From an uncultured Methanolobus sp. (GTDB lineage Archaea > Halobacteriota > Methanosarcinia > Methanosarcinales > Methanosarcinaceae): DNA of 64,000 nt. Shown in pieces: positions 50,941 to 62,022 of this stretch. The translations under genes and the position numbers were made by a program. The stretch covers positions 352,001-416,000 of the forward strand of contig OY776215.1 of the NCBI GenBank assembly GCA_963675495.1, read 5' to 3'. Position 1 is the first letter of the stretch; each line of letters opens with the position of its first letter. The notes under the pieces are model-generated. The model saw only the letters and a list, made by a program, of their open reading frames with translations. It was not told the DNA's origin and searched no databases.

Positions 50941-51864
50941 TCATTGAACTGAATCCAGAGGATAAGAAAAGGGCTCTGTAGAAATCCTCATTTGAACAAT
51001 AAAAATAACCTTGACATACCTGTCAAGGTTATGGATTAATATCTTGAATTTGACTTCTTTCACTTGATTCCAATACTTTTTTGCCCTAACCGCTTCCCCA
51101 TATTTCCTTTTCAGAACGGAGAACATCGTTTCAACCAGGTTTCTGTTATGATACAATTCTTCATCAAATTCCCATACCATTTTTCTGCGATATTTCCCTT
51201 TAATTCTCTTCCTCTTTCTTTGTCTCAAAGGAATCATAGCTACCGCTTCTAGTTGTTCTCTTGTTAGCGAATGTATGTCCTCTGAATCATACCCTTTATC
51301 CATCACATAGTACTTTGATCTGCGATTTTTATGGCATTGCTTCAATAATTTCATTGCCTGCTTTGCATCATGCACAGGCTTACCTGATATCTTGAAACCA
51401 GTAATAATGAATTTTCCAGTATCGATGGAAATACTAGTTTTCAGAAAAGATCTACGTTTCTTTCCTGTTCTCCAGGAATAATAGTAGCTACAATGACCAC
51501 TCGAAAATCCACTTGAATCAATAGCTGTAACCTCTATCTTTTCTCCACGTGAATAAAATAGTTTTAGTGTTTGTTGAAGTAATCCATGAAAATAAACGGA
51601 TTTTATTCGAGCAACAAACTTTTGGAGTGTAGTGAAATGAGGAACTTGTTTTATTCCAATTCTTGATTTAATTTCATCCATTAATTCAATAAGTTCAACA
51701 ATATCTCTGTAATCTTCATCAAGGTATTCTTTTAATAAAACCAGTACCAATAGCTGATGTTGTGTGTACTTTCTTTTGGAATACTTGCAACTATATATCT
51801 GAAGATGTGAGTTTCCTGATACAGCTAACGCTGTATCAACAAACTTTAAGTACTTATTAGACAA
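50941..51864 (-). CDS. IS5-family DDE transposase
   Basis: [32 protein letters not shown]; ORF reads through the TIR and stops in flanking DNA. Confidence 0.92.
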   Translation of the reverse strand: MSNKYLKFVDTALAVSGNSHLQIYSCKYSKRKYTQHQLLVLVLLKEYLDEDYRDIVELIELMDEIKSRIGIKQVPHFTTLQKFVARIKSVYFHGLLQQTLKLFYSRGEKIEVTAIDSSGFSSGHCSYYYSWRTGKKRRSFLKTSISIDTGKFIITGFKISGKPVHDAKQAMKLLKQCHKNRRSKYYVMDKGYDSEDIHSLTREQLEAVAMIPLRQRKRKRIKGKYRRKMVWEFDEELYHNRNLVETMFSVLKRKYGEAVRAKKYWNQVKEVKFKILIHNLDRYVKVIFIVQMRISTEPFSYPLDSVQ

Positions 51865-51973
51865 AACACAATCATCCCCTTTGTGTTTTCTTGTGGTAAG
51901 TAATACTTTGGGGAGTTATCCTTTTTAAATTATTATGCTAAAATAAAATTGAAAGTAGGTTTTCTACAGAGCC
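50972..51973 (-). mobile_element. IS5-family insertion sequence (1002 bp)
   Basis: TIRs GGCTCTGTAGAAA; 8-bp TSD AAGAAAAG at 50964-50971 and 51974-51981. Confidence 0.93.
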
Positions 51974-53158
51974 AAGAAAAGCACTATTGAAGTACATGGA
52001 TTACATAGTTTTGACACATCAGAGAACAAGTATGAGAAAGAAGGAAAATATTTCCATCCTCTACTTGCTTCAATGATTACATCAGGTTCAAGATTATTCT
52101 TAGCTATGGCTGAAGCCAAAGTAAAAGAGTTAGGTTCTGTTCATGCTTACATGGATACAGACAGTATTTTTGTTACTCCTGAACATGCCCAGGAAGTTGT
52201 TGATTATTTCAACAAACTAAACCCTTACAACCCTGAACTTGATATTCCACTTCTGAAGAAAGAAGAAGGGAAAGAAGATGTGTGGTTCTATGGTATTTCT
52301 TCAAAGCGTTATGTTCTCTACAGAATCATAGACAGAAAGTTTGAGTTAGTAGATTTTAAGCTGCATGGACTTGGACATCTAACAAACCCATTTTCAAATA
52401 AAGAAAAATGGCAACAGGAAATATGGTTAGATATTCTTAAGGTACGCTATGGAATTGCAAAACCTGAAGACATTGAAGAGAAATACGCTACTATGTATGC
52501 AATCTCTAGGCTTACTGTCAGCACTCCTAATGTTTTGCATAGGTTTGATAAGTTGAATGATGGGAAACCCTGAGAAGAACAGATTAAACCCTTTAATTTC
52601 TTCCTTGTTGGATTCCAGACAACAGAAGAGAATAACAAAGCTGTCAAGCCATTAGCACCTTTTACAAAGGATTATCAGAAGATAGTTTATGAAGCATTTT
52701 TGGACTATGAAACAGGAGAATACAAGGAAGGAGTACACTACTTTAAGCCATTGAGTAGAACAATCATGCAATATTCTGAGCATCCAGAGCATAAGTTCAA
52801 TGGTGATATTGGTATTCTGAAAAGAAAAAACGTTCATGCAAATGATACTATTGAGATTGGGAAGGAAGCTAATAACATTGATGAGCAGTCGTTAGGAGTC
52901 AAGAAAGCACAGGAGTTCAGGAATAAAGAGAAGATCATGCAAAGGATTCTTGGTATATCTGTATCTGAAGCTAAGGAGTTAGGAGTACCTAAAACTACAT
53001 TGTGGGATATGCAGAAAAGGATAAGGGAAACTGGGGGTTTGAATTTGGGTACCTCAGCGGTTAGGAGGTTGATGTAAAACTAATAGATAAATTTAGATGA
53101 ATCTATGGTTCATACTCTATAAATTTTGTTAGTTTATAGATCCATCTAGCTATTTAAG

Positions 53159-54304
53159 TTAGAATTTTAATGTGCGTCCTATTTCAGCAGAATTTTTACC
53201 AAAGGATGCCCAGTTATTTTTTGGATTTATTTCTAGGGCTTTGTCATAGCACTTTATTGCTTGATCAAATTGTTTAAGTTTCTCTAGGGCATTACCTTTC
53301 CCTACCAAAGGTATGTCATTTTTTGGATCAATTTCTAATGCTCTATCAAAGCATCTGATTGCATCCTCAAATCTTTCAAGGTCGATTAAACACTCTCCTT
53401 TACGGTTCCATGTTTCTGCTTTATCAGAATTCAGTCCTAATGCTTTATCAAAACATTTCAAACTTTCTCCATACTGATGCTGAATCCATAGAATTAAACC
53501 TTTATTATGCCAGGCTAAACCATTTTCTGGATTAATTTCTAGTGATTTATCATAGCATCTAAGGGCTTCATCATTCCTTTTAAGGTTAAAATTAGAAATT
53601 CCTCTTCTAAACCATGCCTTATCGCTTTTTGGATTTATTTCTAGGGCTTTCTCATAGCATTTTATTGCTTGATCAAATCTTTCAAGCAGATCTAGAGTTT
53701 CACCTTTGTTAGCCCATATTATTGTTTCTTCTGGGTTTATCTCTAATGCTTTATCAACACATTGCAAAGCTTCTTCATGACGATTAAGAATATTTAGAGA
53801 ACAGGTTTTATTATTCCAAGCCCGATAATTTGTTGGGTCGATAGATAAAGCTTCATCAAAAGCTCTTAAAGAGTCCTTAATTTTCTGAAGTTGAACTAGA
53901 GCAATCCCTTTACCAGCCCAGGCACTCGCATTTGTTATATCTAAACCTAACATTTTATCATAAAAATAAATGGCTTTTTCGAAATTACCAGAATCGTACT
54001 CAAAGTTTCCTAATTTTAAATATGCTTCAGGTGTACCTACTGGTTTATTGAAAGAAGAGTCTGCTTCTTCTATTTTTTTAGCAATTTGTTCTGTAATAAC
54101 TTGTTGGTCAGAGCTTACTCCCGCGGGTTCATCTCCAACTTCATCTTTTATTCCTACCGCATCCAATACTTTGCTGAGTTGGTCTGATATGGTTTTGAAC
54201 TGATCTTCTCCAACTCCCTGAAGATTAATGTTTGTAATTTGCCTAGCTACCCCAACTGCACTAGTTTCTGACTCTTTGTTTTCATCAGCTTGCATATTAT
54301 CCAC
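53159..54304 (-). CDS. TPR repeat protein (element cargo)
   Basis: About 8 TPR units of the type AW..KG..L..L....A..C(Y/F)DKALEI(N/D)P. Confidence 0.9.
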   Translation of the reverse strand: MDNMQADENKESETSAVGVARQITNINLQGVGEDQFKTISDQLSKVLDAVGIKDEVGDEPAGVSSDQQVITEQIAKKIEEADSSFNKPVGTPEAYLKLGNFEYDSGNFEKAIYFYDKMLGLDITNASAWAGKGIALVQLQKIKDSLRAFDEALSIDPTNYRAWNNKTCSLNILNRHEEALQCVDKALEINPEETIIWANKGETLDLLERFDQAIKCYEKALEINPKSDKAWFRRGISNFNLKRNDEALRCYDKSLEINPENGLAWHNKGLILWIQHQYGESLKCFDKALGLNSDKAETWNRKGECLIDLERFEDAIRCFDRALEIDPKNDIPLVGKGNALEKLKQFDQAIKCYDKALEINPKNNWASFGKNSAEIGRTLKF

Positions 54305-54599
54305 CTTTTATTATCGAAAAATGATTTTATTGAACCAAATTACACATAATTTTAACCATTCATAAATTTGGCTTGCCACCATTATAAAGCTTCCTTTTTG
54401 TTATTTGGTATCCATTTGTAAATTTATGTTCAAAAAAAACTAAAACTAAGCTTAAATATTTTTTTAACTTTTTGTGTGTTATTTTTGAAATGACAAACCT
54501 AATCACATATAATAATTTATAATATGATATTTTTTTATTTCACCTAATTAAATCATTTGTCCAATGATTTCAAAAAAAAGAAAAATCAAATTGATGAAA

Positions 54600-54797
54600 T
54601 TATTTAATTAAATTTGTAGTGTGACCACAAAAGGGACAAGATCTTTTTTTTGTGAATAAACCAGATCGAGGCAAAGAATCACCACACTCATCACAATATA
54701 TTTTACTACATTTTGTACATTGATGCCATCTTCCAAACATAGTAGATGGAGTAAGACTGTGCAATTTACCACATAATATGCATCTTACTCGGGACAT
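54600..54797 (-). CDS. Small zinc-finger protein (element cargo)
   Basis: Four CxxC pairs in 65 aa. Confidence 0.65.
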   Translation of the reverse strand: MSRVRCILCGKLHSLTPSTMFGRWHQCTKCSKIYCDECGDSLPRSGLFTKKRSCPFCGHTTNLIK

Positions 54798-54828
54798 TGT
54801 TATTTTGCATCCTAAATATATTCAATAT

Positions 54829-55041
54829 TCACATGAATGTTGTCAGTATTTTTGGAAAATCCATCTCTGAAAGCCACATACCCCACATCCAAATCGCCCC
54901 TATCAAAAAACTTATTGCTTTTCCTTTCAGCCCAAGCCTTTCATGAGTTACTCCCAATAATAAAAAGGTGGCTAAGACGTTGCTAATCATCAAAACCATG
55001 TTAATCTCTGTTTGAAATTCTACTATCATAAAGTTCACCAT
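54829..55041 (-). CDS. Small two-TM hypothetical protein
   Basis: Two hydrophobic segments. Confidence 0.45.
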   Translation of the reverse strand: MVNFMIVEFQTEINMVLMISNVLATFLLLGVTHERLGLKGKAISFLIGAIWMWGMWLSEMDFPKILTTFM

Positions 55042-55300
55042 TTTATGGTCTTAATACATAATATTTAAAAGTTGCTATTTGATTTTTTAAGGATTTCTTT
55101 TTTAGTATTATTATAAAGTGCCAATATACTTTGTTATAACAAAGTTCGGTTTTTTGGCGTTACCTATTACCCATAGCTGTCAATTGGGGTAATAGTAATA
55201 ACCAAAAAACGCAACGCAAATTAAACAGCATAGTCAATTTTTCAAAATTACAAGAAATTAACAAACTGAAAAAAGTAAAAAAAAAAGAAATGTTTGTGGT

Positions 55301-56563
55301 TTATTGACCGAATTGTCCACCACAATGAGGGCAAAACTTTGGAGTTTGTGGAAGATTTAGCTCAACTCCACAATAAGGGCACATCTTAAAAGATTGTGGT
55401 TGGCTTGGTGTCCCAACATTACCCTTAATCATCCCTACGTCTTTGATCTGTGTAGAGTTATCTGAGTGAAAAGTAGTTTCATGCCCATACCCAAAAAACA
55501 CATTACCATTTACATGAATTGCATTATGATGTCTATTCAAATTTTGGTCTTCTGGAATTTTAGAGTCATCATGCCTTTGCTCTTTATGCACTCTAGGTTT
55601 TGGTTTATTTGTGAAAGCTTTTGAGTGGTTAGGAGTCTCAACGTTATCGTTAATCCTCCCTTTACCTGAGTTGGCTTCTGTTTTCACATTATTTTTCGGA
55701 GTGTTTTCAGAGATTGCTGAAGTAAAAACATGTTCTAACATCGAGGATACTGCAGTCTGGTTAAGCGTCTCAACATTATCGTTAATCCTCCCTTTACCCA
55801 AATCTGCTTCTGCTTTCACATTAGTTTTCAGAGTGTTTTCAGAGTAAGCGCTAAGATCTATATTTGAATCTAGAATTTTAAAAGAATTATTAATGTTTTC
55901 GACTACTTTTTTCCCAGTTATTGCCGAATTATATATCTGTTCTAATCTACTTTCTTCATAGAGTAAGAACCCGAATTCACAATCAAACCACTTTGTTTTG
56001 TTAATGCCATGATTATTATATTTTATTTTCCACGCCTTCCTTGTTCCAAAAAAAGTATCGATTGTTTCTGTTCCAAGTACACTATACTCAAATCCAAAAC
56101 CTTTCTTTAATCCCAATCCATTGCATTCCGTACATTCTACTTTTCCAGAACCGTTGCAGAAAATACATTCTTGATTTGTCCAACTACCTGTCCCTTTACA
56201 ATGGTCACATACTTTAGACCCATAGCTACATTCTGGACAGTGCTGGTATTTCCAAGAAATTGGAAAATTTAAAATGTCTGATTTCATTACTTTGTCTTCT
56301 TGATTTAAATCCATTAAAGATAAGAAAGTAGCCCCATCATTACTAATATTATCCAAATCCGGCCCAATTACAGATTTTCCATCAATGTCAATGTCAATTT
56401 TCATAGCATGGGACGCACTTGCTACTCTAAAAGAAACTGAATTTATAGTTCTCCTAATAATTTCTAATTTATGATCAGAAGTACCATACTCACTGTCTTT
56501 AAATTTATAAATAATATAATTTCCTTCCTGCATCCAATCCAGATTTGGTATCATTTTGTCCAC
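55301..56563 (-). CDS. Hypothetical protein with DnaJ-like CxxCxGxG zinc finger, internal repeat and C-terminal double zinc ribbon
   Basis: CDHCKGTG, CIFCNGSG, CTECNGLG; SENT.K.NVK.EA..GKGRINDNVET x2; CPYCG..CPHCG. Confidence 0.75.
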   Translation of the reverse strand: MDKMIPNLDWMQEGNYIIYKFKDSEYGTSDHKLEIIRRTINSVSFRVASASHAMKIDIDIDGKSVIGPDLDNISNDGATFLSLMDLNQEDKVMKSDILNFPISWKYQHCPECSYGSKVCDHCKGTGSWTNQECIFCNGSGKVECTECNGLGLKKGFGFEYSVLGTETIDTFFGTRKAWKIKYNNHGINKTKWFDCEFGFLLYEESRLEQIYNSAITGKKVVENINNSFKILDSNIDLSAYSENTLKTNVKAEADLGKGRINDNVETLNQTAVSSMLEHVFTSAISENTPKNNVKTEANSGKGRINDNVETPNHSKAFTNKPKPRVHKEQRHDDSKIPEDQNLNRHHNAIHVNGNVFFGYGHETTFHSDNSTQIKDVGMIKGNVGTPSQPQSFKMCPYCGVELNLPQTPKFCPHCGGQFGQ

Positions 56564-56660
56564 CTATAATAAATTAAGTAACAGATTTATAAGTAATTAT
56601 GTAGGATTTTTTAAGTTTTAAATGTTCTCTTTTAAAATCAAATAAGAAGAAAGGTATGTG

Positions 56661-56915
56661 TCAAAATCCACTTACTAATTTCCTCACCTCTTTTGTCCAG
56701 AAATTGAACCCCTTATCACTCAAAATCCTGTCCTTCATCCTCTTCAAAGAACTTCTTTGCATCACTCCATATTCCCTTGCTTCCTTTGGAGTCAGAGCCA
56801 TTATTTGCTGTTTGATACCTTCCTCATCAATGAAAGTCTGAGCTCGCTGAAGCTCTAATTCCTCTTCATCAATGTTGTTGGTTTCCTTTCCGATATAAAG
56901 GATAGTATCTTTCCC
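56661..56915 (-). pseudogene. C-terminal fragment of a second casposon-type PolB
   Basis: DTILYIGKETNNIDEE..AQTF..EAREYGV..KRMKDRI aligns with DTIEIGKEANNIDEQ..AQEF..EAKELGV..MQKRI of 52700-53077. Confidence 0.8.
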
Positions 56916-56935
56916 AACTCAAAAAAAAATAATAT

Positions 56936-57640
56936 TCAAGCAAACGCCTTCAACGCTGAAACCGCAGCCTTCTTCAAAAATCCCTTGCATTCAATATCAA
57001 GATTGCCATTATTAAGTGAGTGGGACAACTGACCAGTAGGGTCATTGCTGTGAAGTATTGACTTTAGAGTGGTCTCATCGGTTGAAACGGATACTGTGGG
57101 ATCGATTCCGCCTCTTGAAGAAACTTTCTGGAATTCTGTGATGACACCATCTTTTGTAACGGCTTTTATCTTCAGGTTTGTGTTATCATTCTGTGTTATC
57201 TCAAGAAGGATCACATCATTTCCTGCAATCTTTTTGACCACATCTGGAACCTCATCAATACCGTTATTATAATACCCGACATACTTCTGAATTTCGCTGT
57301 AGAGATCGGTTTTCGTGGGTTTTGCATAAATTCCTTCGATGGATTGTGTACTTGTAGCCTGTGTTTGAGAAGCAGATGAACTGGAATCGGAATTCGAGTT
57401 TGAATCTGAGCTTGAACCGGAACCTGACCTGTGGGTCTGTGATGATGTTGTGGATACTGATTTACCTTCATCCATATTTTTATCTGTCAGAGAGCTTAAG
57501 ATACCATGTTCATCCAGTTCATCTTTTATGGAATCCACTACTCCCGCCAGTGACAGGTTTGAAAGCAGCAGAGCGATCAGGATCGTTGCACCAACTAATA
57601 AAATCTGTTTTCCATCCCGCCTTTTAGTATCCACTCTCAT
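56936..57640 (-). CDS. Secreted hypothetical protein with Ser-rich linker
   Basis: Hydrophobic N-terminal signal, poly-Ser linker, C-terminal globular domain. Confidence 0.7.
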   Translation of the reverse strand: MRVDTKRRDGKQILLVGATILIALLLSNLSLAGVVDSIKDELDEHGILSSLTDKNMDEGKSVSTTSSQTHRSGSGSSSDSNSNSDSSSSASQTQATSTQSIEGIYAKPTKTDLYSEIQKYVGYYNNGIDEVPDVVKKIAGNDVILLEITQNDNTNLKIKAVTKDGVITEFQKVSSRGGIDPTVSVSTDETTLKSILHSNDPTGQLSHSLNNGNLDIECKGFLKKAAVSALKAFA

Positions 57641-57880
57641 AATTAAACATTATTTATGTCGGGTTTAAAAAGACTATGTCCATGAAATTTGCGAGTATGT
57701 ACCTGAAATTGCGTACAACGGAGTTCATGTACATGTTAAACAGTTTTATTCAAAACAACTGTTCAAATTCACTAAATTTAAGTAGTAAAAATTCTATATT
57801 GTGAGGCATAACAGAACGAATGACAATTAAAAAACAAGACTTTCAACAAGTTACAAGAATTGTTGTCAGGGGGAATATAA

Positions 57881-59809
57881 GTGAAAACAGGAATAAGTAA
57901 ACAAATTTGTCTACCATTAACCATTCTTTTAGCAATCTTGTTAGCAACCTCGCCAGCCATGGCCGCTGCATCAATTGATTACATGAGTATAGATGTCGAT
58001 ATCAACAATGGATATGCAGTTACCACCGTGGAGCAGAAAATCACAAGCAATGAAGATGAAGCCGCCTATGATGATTTCAGCATATTCAAATCGGAAGAGG
58101 CATTCATATCAGGCTTTACCCTGATAATCGACGGAGAGGAATATAATTCCGAAGTACTTCCAAAAGGACAAGCTGCAGAAGAATTCGAGGAAGCCGTGTC
58201 TGAAGGAAAATCAGCAGGACTGCTCACAGATGCAGGCAAAGACAGGTTCAGCTACGCATTGAACTTCGAACCTCACCAGAGTATTATCGTCAGGCTGACC
58301 TATGAACAGGCTCTGAAAAAGGCCCTTGGAGAATATGAGTATATCCAACCACTTCGCAGTTATCATGAAGTTGATAACCTATCTGTAAATGTAGACATAA
58401 GTTCCATAAACAAAATACTCAGCATGGAAACTTCCGGATCTTCCGGAGCTAATGTGGAATATATCTCATCCACCAACGGACAGGTAACATACAATTCAGA
58501 CTCAATGCCTAATTCAGATCTAAATATCATTTTCACGACCAATGACCCTGAACTGAATGGGGATATGCTCTTTTACGAAACCGGCGGTCAGGGTTACATG
58601 ATGCATATATTCTCTCCAACTGAAGAAGACCTGGGCACAACAGCACTCAGCAAGGACATCATCTTTGTGATTGACAAATCCGGTTCCATGGAAGGAGAGA
58701 AGATGTACCAGGTCAAGAGTGTGTTTTCGGATATCATCTATGGTCTACCAACCAACGATCGCTTCAATTTAATCTTCTTTGACAGTGAAGTGCACACATA
58801 CTCGGAACAATTGATGGAGGCTAATGCAAGCTCCAGAAAAGATTCCATCGAATTCGTGGACAGCTTAAGAGCCGATGGCGGCACGAATATCAATGATGCC
58901 CTGGTGACTGCGCTTGGAATGTTCAGCAGCGAAAACGAAAATGTCCCGATCATTGTTTTCCTCACCGATGGTGAGCCAACTTCCGGTGTTACTTCCAGGT
59001 ATGTGATCAGTGAGAACGTACTGGAGGCGAACAAGGCTGAGGTTTCCATATTCAGCATCGCTTTTGGAATCGAGCATGAGGAATATTATGAGTCACTAAG
59101 GGTGCTGAGTCTGGAGAACAACGGTAAAGCAGAGCGTTTCACCTCCACTAATGGTGCAGAGCAGGGTATAAGCGATTTCTATGCAACTATATCCACCCCG
59201 CTGATAACAGATATAGAATTCAATTACAATGGAAAAGTATCGGATATTGTGAACACCGTAGAAAGCAGCCTGTTTGCAGGCTCTGATGCAATTGTGCTGG
59301 GTAAGTACAATACAGGAACCTCTGCTATAAACTCAGAGATACAGGCAACCAGCCGCTCAGGAACCCAGAAATTCAGCAACCAGTTCACAGTAATTTCAAA
59401 ATCAGAAAATTCCTTCATCCCAAGATTATGGGCTTACGAAACAATCAACGACCTGCTTGACAGAATCGAGGTGGAAGGCGAAACTGACGAACTTGTCACT
59501 TCTGTTACAAATCTCTCACTGGAATTCGAATTTGTGACTCCATACACCTCGCTCTTTGTAAAGATACCTGATATCGAGGAAATTGATTCTGTTAATAGTC
59601 CACCTCCCAGTGACATGTATACAGGTGAGGGTATAGCTGTGGATGATTCTGCGGTTGCAGAGGAAGCGATGGAAGAAATGCCTGTTGAAGAAGAGATGGT
59701 TAATGAGGAAATGCCCATTCAAGAGGCTACAGAATCACCCGGATTTGAAGCTTTGTATACTATTATGGGAGTCGTTGGAGTGATGTTATTGTTCAGAAGA
59801 CGTGAGTGA
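57881..59809 (+). CDS. VIT + vWA domain surface protein with PGF-CTERM
   Basis: VIT-like N-terminus, DKSGSM MIDAS, GGTNI, FLTDGEP, FVTPYTS; PGF-TM-RRR tail. Confidence 0.92.
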   Translation: MKTGISKQICLPLTILLAILLATSPAMAAASIDYMSIDVDINNGYAVTTVEQKITSNEDEAAYDDFSIFKSEEAFISGFTLIIDGEEYNSEVLPKGQAAEEFEEAVSEGKSAGLLTDAGKDRFSYALNFEPHQSIIVRLTYEQALKKALGEYEYIQPLRSYHEVDNLSVNVDISSINKILSMETSGSSGANVEYISSTNGQVTYNSDSMPNSDLNIIFTTNDPELNGDMLFYETGGQGYMMHIFSPTEEDLGTTALSKDIIFVIDKSGSMEGEKMYQVKSVFSDIIYGLPTNDRFNLIFFDSEVHTYSEQLMEANASSRKDSIEFVDSLRADGGTNINDALVTALGMFSSENENVPIIVFLTDGEPTSGVTSRYVISENVLEANKAEVSIFSIAFGIEHEEYYESLRVLSLENNGKAERFTSTNGAEQGISDFYATISTPLITDIEFNYNGKVSDIVNTVESSLFAGSDAIVLGKYNTGTSAINSEIQATSRSGTQKFSNQFTVISKSENSFIPRLWAYETINDLLDRIEVEGETDELVTSVTNLSLEFEFVTPYTSLFVKIPDIEEIDSVNSPPPSDMYTGEGIAVDDSAVAEEAMEEMPVEEEMVNEEMPIQEATESPGFEALYTIMGVVGVMLLFRRRE

Positions 59810-59826
59810 AAATTTAGTGTTAGATG

Positions 59827-59849
59827 GAGAGGTTCAAATTGAACCTCTC
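59827..59849. terminator. Perfect inverted repeat between convergent genes
   Basis: GAGAGGTTCAA-a-TTGAACCTCTC. Confidence 0.5.
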
Positions 59850-59899
59850 TAAAATATATAGGAGATAAAGACAAAATTCATTTTTATAAACTAGCAAAT

Positions 59900-60706
59900 T
59901 CAGGACAATGGTTGAATTTCTGTAACTGGTACAGAATCCTTCAAATAGTATTCGAAAAACTCTTTTCCCCATTCCAGTGCAGTTTTATCACGACATAAAA
60001 CATACTTGCTGTCAATTTCACCATTATTTTTTAGTAAGGATAACAGAATGTAATATTCATTAATTGAAACAAATTGGAAATTCATTTTTTTGGCGTAAAC
60101 AAAAACATGAACTAACTTATTTTGAATGATCTTTGCAAAATTTTCGTAGTGCTCATTTACTAATTTATCCCGCAAATCTTGGGTGATAATAAAGTATAAA
60201 TCAACCCCATTGCTGACATGATCATCAACTAGCTCTTTAAAATTTGGATGAACAAAGGTACTAATTATATAGTGGGACTTGGAATTCATACTTGCTTTAT
60301 GAAATTCCTTATCATTCTCATAGAATTCTGTAACATGAGGCATCATATATTTAAGCTCATCACATTTGAATATTCTTTTTAAGAGATCGGATGGGATAAA
60401 ATCAAAATTGTGAGTTCCCCAGTAATCTATTTTTTTATCAAAAACTCTAGTTATATCCAATAAAGGAATCATAGGATTTACAATATGTTTCCCGATAGGC
60501 GTTAATTCATAAATGTCATTTGAACAAGTAATAAGATGATGATTACGTAAAATCTTCATCTGTGGAAGTAAAGATTGCCTTGTTGTTTCTAATGACTCAA
60601 GGATAATATTCATCTCCTTGGGTCCATCATATAATAAAAGAAGCGCATTCTTTCTCTTTTCAGATTGAAATATCACATCAATCAATGGTTTTTTAGTTTT
60701 TTTCAT
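59900..60706 (-). CDS. Methanosarcinales winged-helix regulator (ArsR-like HTH plus DUF1724-type domain)
   Basis: SEKRKN.LLLL..GP, TRQSLLPQ, YELT.IG, YW..H..DFIP, LEWGKE.FE. Confidence 0.88.
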   Translation of the reverse strand: MKKTKKPLIDVIFQSEKRKNALLLLYDGPKEMNIILESLETTRQSLLPQMKILRNHHLITCSNDIYELTPIGKHIVNPMIPLLDITRVFDKKIDYWGTHNFDFIPSDLLKRIFKCDELKYMMPHVTEFYENDKEFHKASMNSKSHYIISTFVHPNFKELVDDHVSNGVDLYFIITQDLRDKLVNEHYENFAKIIQNKLVHVFVYAKKMNFQFVSINEYYILLSLLKNNGEIDSKYVLCRDKTALEWGKEFFEYYLKDSVPVTEIQPLS

Positions 60707-60945
60707 ATCCTACCAACTAATTGAAATTCAAAACTTTATTAAAACATAATCAGCCTTTCTTGTTTTTTTAAGTAAATATATCTTTTTCTCCAAATGTTCT
60801 GAAATTGATGGTACAATTGCTATTAAAAAATAATTAACAAGCTCCATACTTCAAATTATCACCCAACTTTCCCGATATACACGCATCCTTTAGAATTCCT
60901 GTTGAAACTGTAAGTTAGGAAAAATGAAAAGAATTAAAACAATAT

Positions 60946-61731
60946 TCATAGCTCAGTTATCGGTGAAGAATCTTTCAAACAGTGTTCAAAGAGCTCTTTT
61001 CCCCATTCGAGCGAATCTTTGGTAGAACATAGAATGTGTTTGTTGTCAAACTCACCTTTTTTCGTCAGCAAACCTGCAAGTATGTGGTGATCATCAAATG
61101 TAAAGAATGAGAACTCCATTTTTTTGGTGTAAACATAAAAATTAAAATACTCACTTTCAATGAACTTTTTAAAATCTGCAGAGTAATGCAGTTTTATCTT
61201 GTCAAGTAGCTCTTTTGAGACGATCATAAAAAACTCTATCTTTTTTTCAATAGTTTCAGAGATTATTTTATGATAATCTGGATATAGAAATGTAGTAACC
61301 ACATAGACAGACTTTGTCGGACTGGAACTATCATTGAACGTTTCATGAACAGTATACATATCTGCCAGGGAAGGATTGATCATCTCATAATTTCTCATCT
61401 TACTTATGCTTTTGAGAAGATGAGGCGGAATAAAATCAACGTTGTGATTTCCCCAGTAAGCAATATCTTTATCAAAAACCTCAATTGTCCCTAATAATGG
61501 AACCATTTCGTCAACTACCAGCTTTCCGATGTTTGTCAATTCATAAGTATCATTGTAATGAAAAACAAGGTGCTGTCCTTCCAGAATCCTTATCTGTGGA
61601 AGTAAGGCTTGTCTGGTTGTTTTCAGAGACTTAAGAAGTGTTTCCATTTTCTGAGGGTCATTTTGCAACAATAAGAGCACATTCTTTCTTTTCTCTGATT
61701 TGAAAACAACATCAAGTAACGTTTTTTTCAT
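60946..61731 (-). CDS. Methanosarcinales winged-helix regulator, tandem paralog
   Basis: Same motifs as 59900-60706. Confidence 0.88.
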   Translation of the reverse strand: MKKTLLDVVFKSEKRKNVLLLLQNDPQKMETLLKSLKTTRQALLPQIRILEGQHLVFHYNDTYELTNIGKLVVDEMVPLLGTIEVFDKDIAYWGNHNVDFIPPHLLKSISKMRNYEMINPSLADMYTVHETFNDSSSPTKSVYVVTTFLYPDYHKIISETIEKKIEFFMIVSKELLDKIKLHYSADFKKFIESEYFNFYVYTKKMEFSFFTFDDHHILAGLLTKKGEFDNKHILCSTKDSLEWGKELFEHCLKDSSPITEL

Positions 61732-62022
61732 GTATACTATGTCCTGATAAACAACGTGTGTATTTTCAGCATTGATTTAAGCTAAAGTGTGACAATATTA
61801 AGTTGTTATTCATAAAGCTTTGCATCTACTTCTTCAACTTTCCACTATTTAACTCTTCACTACTTCTTGAAGTCTTCAATATTGATCCGTCAAAAGCATT
61901 CAGAATAAATAACTAGTCTCAAAATTCAGATTCATATAATGCGAAGTGCTTTTGAGACCTACCTGGGCATCTCAACAACAATCATTAAATATTCCAACAA
62001 TCAAAGAAAGATGGTGATACAT

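Larger units (their letters stand above)
50787..53077 (+). pseudogene. Family B DNA polymerase (casposon-type) C-terminal half, split by an IS and a stop codon
   Basis: KILVNSMSY (motif B-like), YMDTDS (motif C), SSKRY, KLHGLGHL; removing the IS and one TSD restores ..EDKKSTIEVHG..HPLLASMITSGSR; TGA at 52571. Confidence 0.85.
50050..55172. mobile_element. Degenerate non-autonomous casposon-like element 1
   Basis: 30-bp TIRs at 50050-50079 and 55143-55172 (28/30); 14-bp imperfect TSD ATAACTTTCAATTG (50036-50049) / ATAGCTGTCAATTG (55173-55186); PolB remnant inside; no cas1. Confidence 0.8.
55187..56915. mobile_element. Truncated second casposon-like element, opposite orientation
   Basis: TIR-like GGGTAATAGTAATAACCAAAAAACGCAAC begins right after the TSD; PolB C-terminal fragment at 56661-56915; other end not found. 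Confidence 0.65.

Noticed and set aside
52571-52573. Recoded TGA in PolB
   Set aside because: The gene is also 5'-truncated and IS-interrupted; most simply a nonsense mutation
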